From: Girardia tigrina
Lineage: Eukaryota
Direction of reading: 5' to 3'
DNA length: 55,514 nt
Assembly (NCBI GenBank): GCA_001938485.1
Contig: MQRK01223772.1
Location: 1-55,514 of the forward strand
Positions within the stretch are counted from its first letter, which is position 1. Each line of letters opens with the position of its first letter. Both the position numbers and the translations under genes were made by a program. This document shows positions 53,968-55,514 of the stretch, piece by piece. The notes under the pieces were generated by a model. The model saw only the letters and a list, made by a program, of their open reading frames with translations, was not told the origin of the DNA and did not search any database.

Positions 53968-54300
53968 TCACTTCGATATGCTGCTGATATAAAATGTTAA
54001 GATTAATAAAATTAATTTCCTCGGGCATGAATATACCCGCTCATAGTATGGTGCGAGAGCGGGCGCTGTGATTACATGGCCGCGACGCTCCTCGGCTGTG
54101 GGGGGGTGAACTTCAGGGCGCGGGGAGGTACAAATTGATACCTTTAATTTGCCGCCGCCGCTGTTTCGCTCTCGGTCGGTCTTGGGATTCATCGCGGTAT
54201 CGATCCGAAGACGGTCGATTTTCATGCTTCTTAAGGTAACTTTTTGAGTTAAAGTTTCTGTCGATTCTTCGGGAATTACGTGCATTTTTTTCAGTTTCAT
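53968..54300 (-). CDS. Hypothetical 110-aa ORF in the tandem unit (copy 1)
   Basis: ATG-initiated, with AATAAA ~75 nt downstream. No recognisable domain. It may be incidental to the GC-rich structured segment. Confidence 0.25.
   Translation of the reverse strand: MKLKKMHVIPEESTETLTQKVTLRSMKIDRLRIDTAMNPKTDRERNSGGGKLKVSICTSPRPEVHPPTAEERRGHVITAPALAPYYERVYSCPRKLILLILTFYISSISK
54018..54245 (+). ncRNA. Candidate structured RNA in the tandem unit
   Basis: TATAAAA at 53988, 5'/3' closing stem GGGCATGAA/TTCATGCTT, three internal hairpins, T5 at 54241 and T7 at 54285. Confidence 0.4.
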
Positions 54301-54528
54301 TTGTGATTTAAAGCGTCAGATTCGGTAATAGATTCACTAGTGACGTAAGACACTTTGAGTTTTGATGCGTCGACAGCAAGAAATTTTATGAGAGATTCAC
54401 GGACGATTTCGGCATTTTCCGTTCGTCTTGTTGTTCTAACTTTTCAGTTTGATTTTTTTCTCAATCAGTAGGGGAAAAATGTATGTTCTCCACCACCCCC
54501 CCGGGGGGGGTCGTAACTAGTTACCGTG

Positions 54529-54690
54529 GTTGCCATGGCAACGGTCGCGGTTACCATGGCAACGGTCGCGGTTACCATGGCAACGGTCGCGATCACCTTG
54601 GCAACGCTTCCGATTGGCCGCCGGGCCCCCTAGCAACGGTCGCGATCACCTTGGCAACGCTTCTGATTGGTTCCTTGGTTCCCTAGCAAC
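54529..54690. promoter_or_regulatory. Cluster of RFX X-box motifs and CCAAT boxes
   Basis: GTTGCCATGGCAAC (54529), GTTACCATGGCAAC (54550, 54571), ATCACCTTGGCAAC twice, CCCTAGCAAC twice. ATTGG at 54613 and 54666. Confidence 0.65.
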
Positions 54691-54896
54691 GGTCGCGAAA
54701 CCGTTCGGAATTTCATTCGGAATCTTAGAGTGTTTACATTGAGAAATGATAAATAATATTTTTCTTACTAGTAATAAATTTTGTTCAAAATAAAAGTTGT
54801 TAGAACATTGCTATTTTTTTATTTCATTCGGAATCTTAGAGGCAATTGATAGAACGACGTAGAACCATCTATATTCTTTTATCAAATATAAACTCT

Positions 54897-55229
54897 TCAC
54901 TTCGATATGCTGCTGATATAAAATGTTAAGATTAATAAAATTAATTTCCTCGGGCATGAATATACCCGCTCATAGTATGGTGCGAGAGCGGGCGCTGTGA
55001 TTACATGGCCGCGACGCTCCTCGGCTGTGGGGGGGTGAACTTCAGGGCGCGGGGAGGTACAAATTGATACCTTTAATTTGCCGCCGCCGCTGTTTCGCTC
55101 TCGGTCGGTCTTGGGATTCATCGCGGTATCGATCCGAAGACGGTCGATTTTCATGCTTCTTAAGGTAACTTTTTGAGTTAAAGTTTCTGTCGATTCTTCG
55201 GGAATTACGTGCATTTTTTTCAGTTTCAT
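54897..55229 (-). CDS. Hypothetical 110-aa ORF in the tandem unit (copy 2)
   Basis: Identical to the copy at 53968-54300. Confidence 0.25.
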   Translation of the reverse strand: MKLKKMHVIPEESTETLTQKVTLRSMKIDRLRIDTAMNPKTDRERNSGGGKLKVSICTSPRPEVHPPTAEERRGHVITAPALAPYYERVYSCPRKLILLILTFYISSISK

Positions 55230-55514
55230 TTGTGATTTAAAGCGTCAGATTCGGTAATAGATTCACTAGTGACGTAAGACACTTTGAGTTTTGATGCGTC
55301 GACAGCAAGAAATTTTATGAGAGATTCACGGACGATTTCGGCATTTTCCGTTCGTCTTGTTGTTCTAACTTTTCAGTTTGATTTTTTTCTCAATCAGTAG
55401 GGGAAAAATGTATGTTCTCCACCACCCCCCCGGGGGGGGTCGTAACTAGTTACCGTGGTTGCCATGGCAACGGTCGCGGTTACCATGGCAACGGTCGCGG
55501 TTACCATGGCAACG

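Larger units (their letters stand above)
53801..55514. repeat. Head-to-tail 929-bp tandem repeat (unit 53801-54729; second copy 54730 to window end)
   Basis: No differences found at offset 929. The ORF track gives identical ORFs at 53968-54300 and 54897-55229. Confidence 0.97.

Noticed and set aside
54036-54063. Flatworm spliced-leader RNA (ATG|GT in a hairpin) or CRESS-virus origin (TAGTAT in a stem-loop)
   Set aside because: No AACC-type SL 5' end and no correctly placed Sm site. The loop is not a NANTATTAC nonamer, and no Rep ORF is present.
54078-54127. HDV-like ribozyme (TCCTCG loop, CCGCG/CGCGG pairing)
   Set aside because: No credible G-initiated P1 or catalytic J4/2 strand. A simple hairpin explains the pairing.
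54528-54697. CRISPR-like array, and ORFs 54483-54686 / 54530-54742
   Set aside because: The repeats have no unique spacers and the context is eukaryotic. The ORFs are translations of the repeat.

Overview
Very AT-rich eukaryotic, probably invertebrate, scaffold with six N-gaps. A triclad-flatworm-like origin is a guess from the TE repertoire. No intact host protein gene is recognisable, and most of the window is nested transposon decay. DNA transposons: Tc1/mariner-superfamily copies (two DD37E, three DD34D-type mariners, a rosa-like DD38D, a Tc1/IS630-like and pogo), a Chapaev3-like remnant, a hAT end and MITE foldbacks. Retroelements: Ty3/Gypsy gag/pol pieces, RTE-type LINE pieces, a multi-zinc-finger ORF remnant, and Penelope-like elements carrying five hammerhead ribozyme motifs. 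The most unusual feature is at the right end: an apparently identical head-to-tail 929-bp repeat (at least 1.8 copies, running off the window). Each unit has phased RFX X-box palindromes with CCAAT boxes, a TATA box, a GC-rich foldable ~210-270 nt segment, plus-strand splice signals, an antisense 110-aa ORF and a Helitron-like hairpin+CTAG. Two further GC-rich foldable non-coding islands (~14.0-14.36 kb, ~22.94-23.21 kb) and a twin hairpin with pairing-preserving substitutions (~20.2-20.4 kb) are candidate undescribed structured RNAs.
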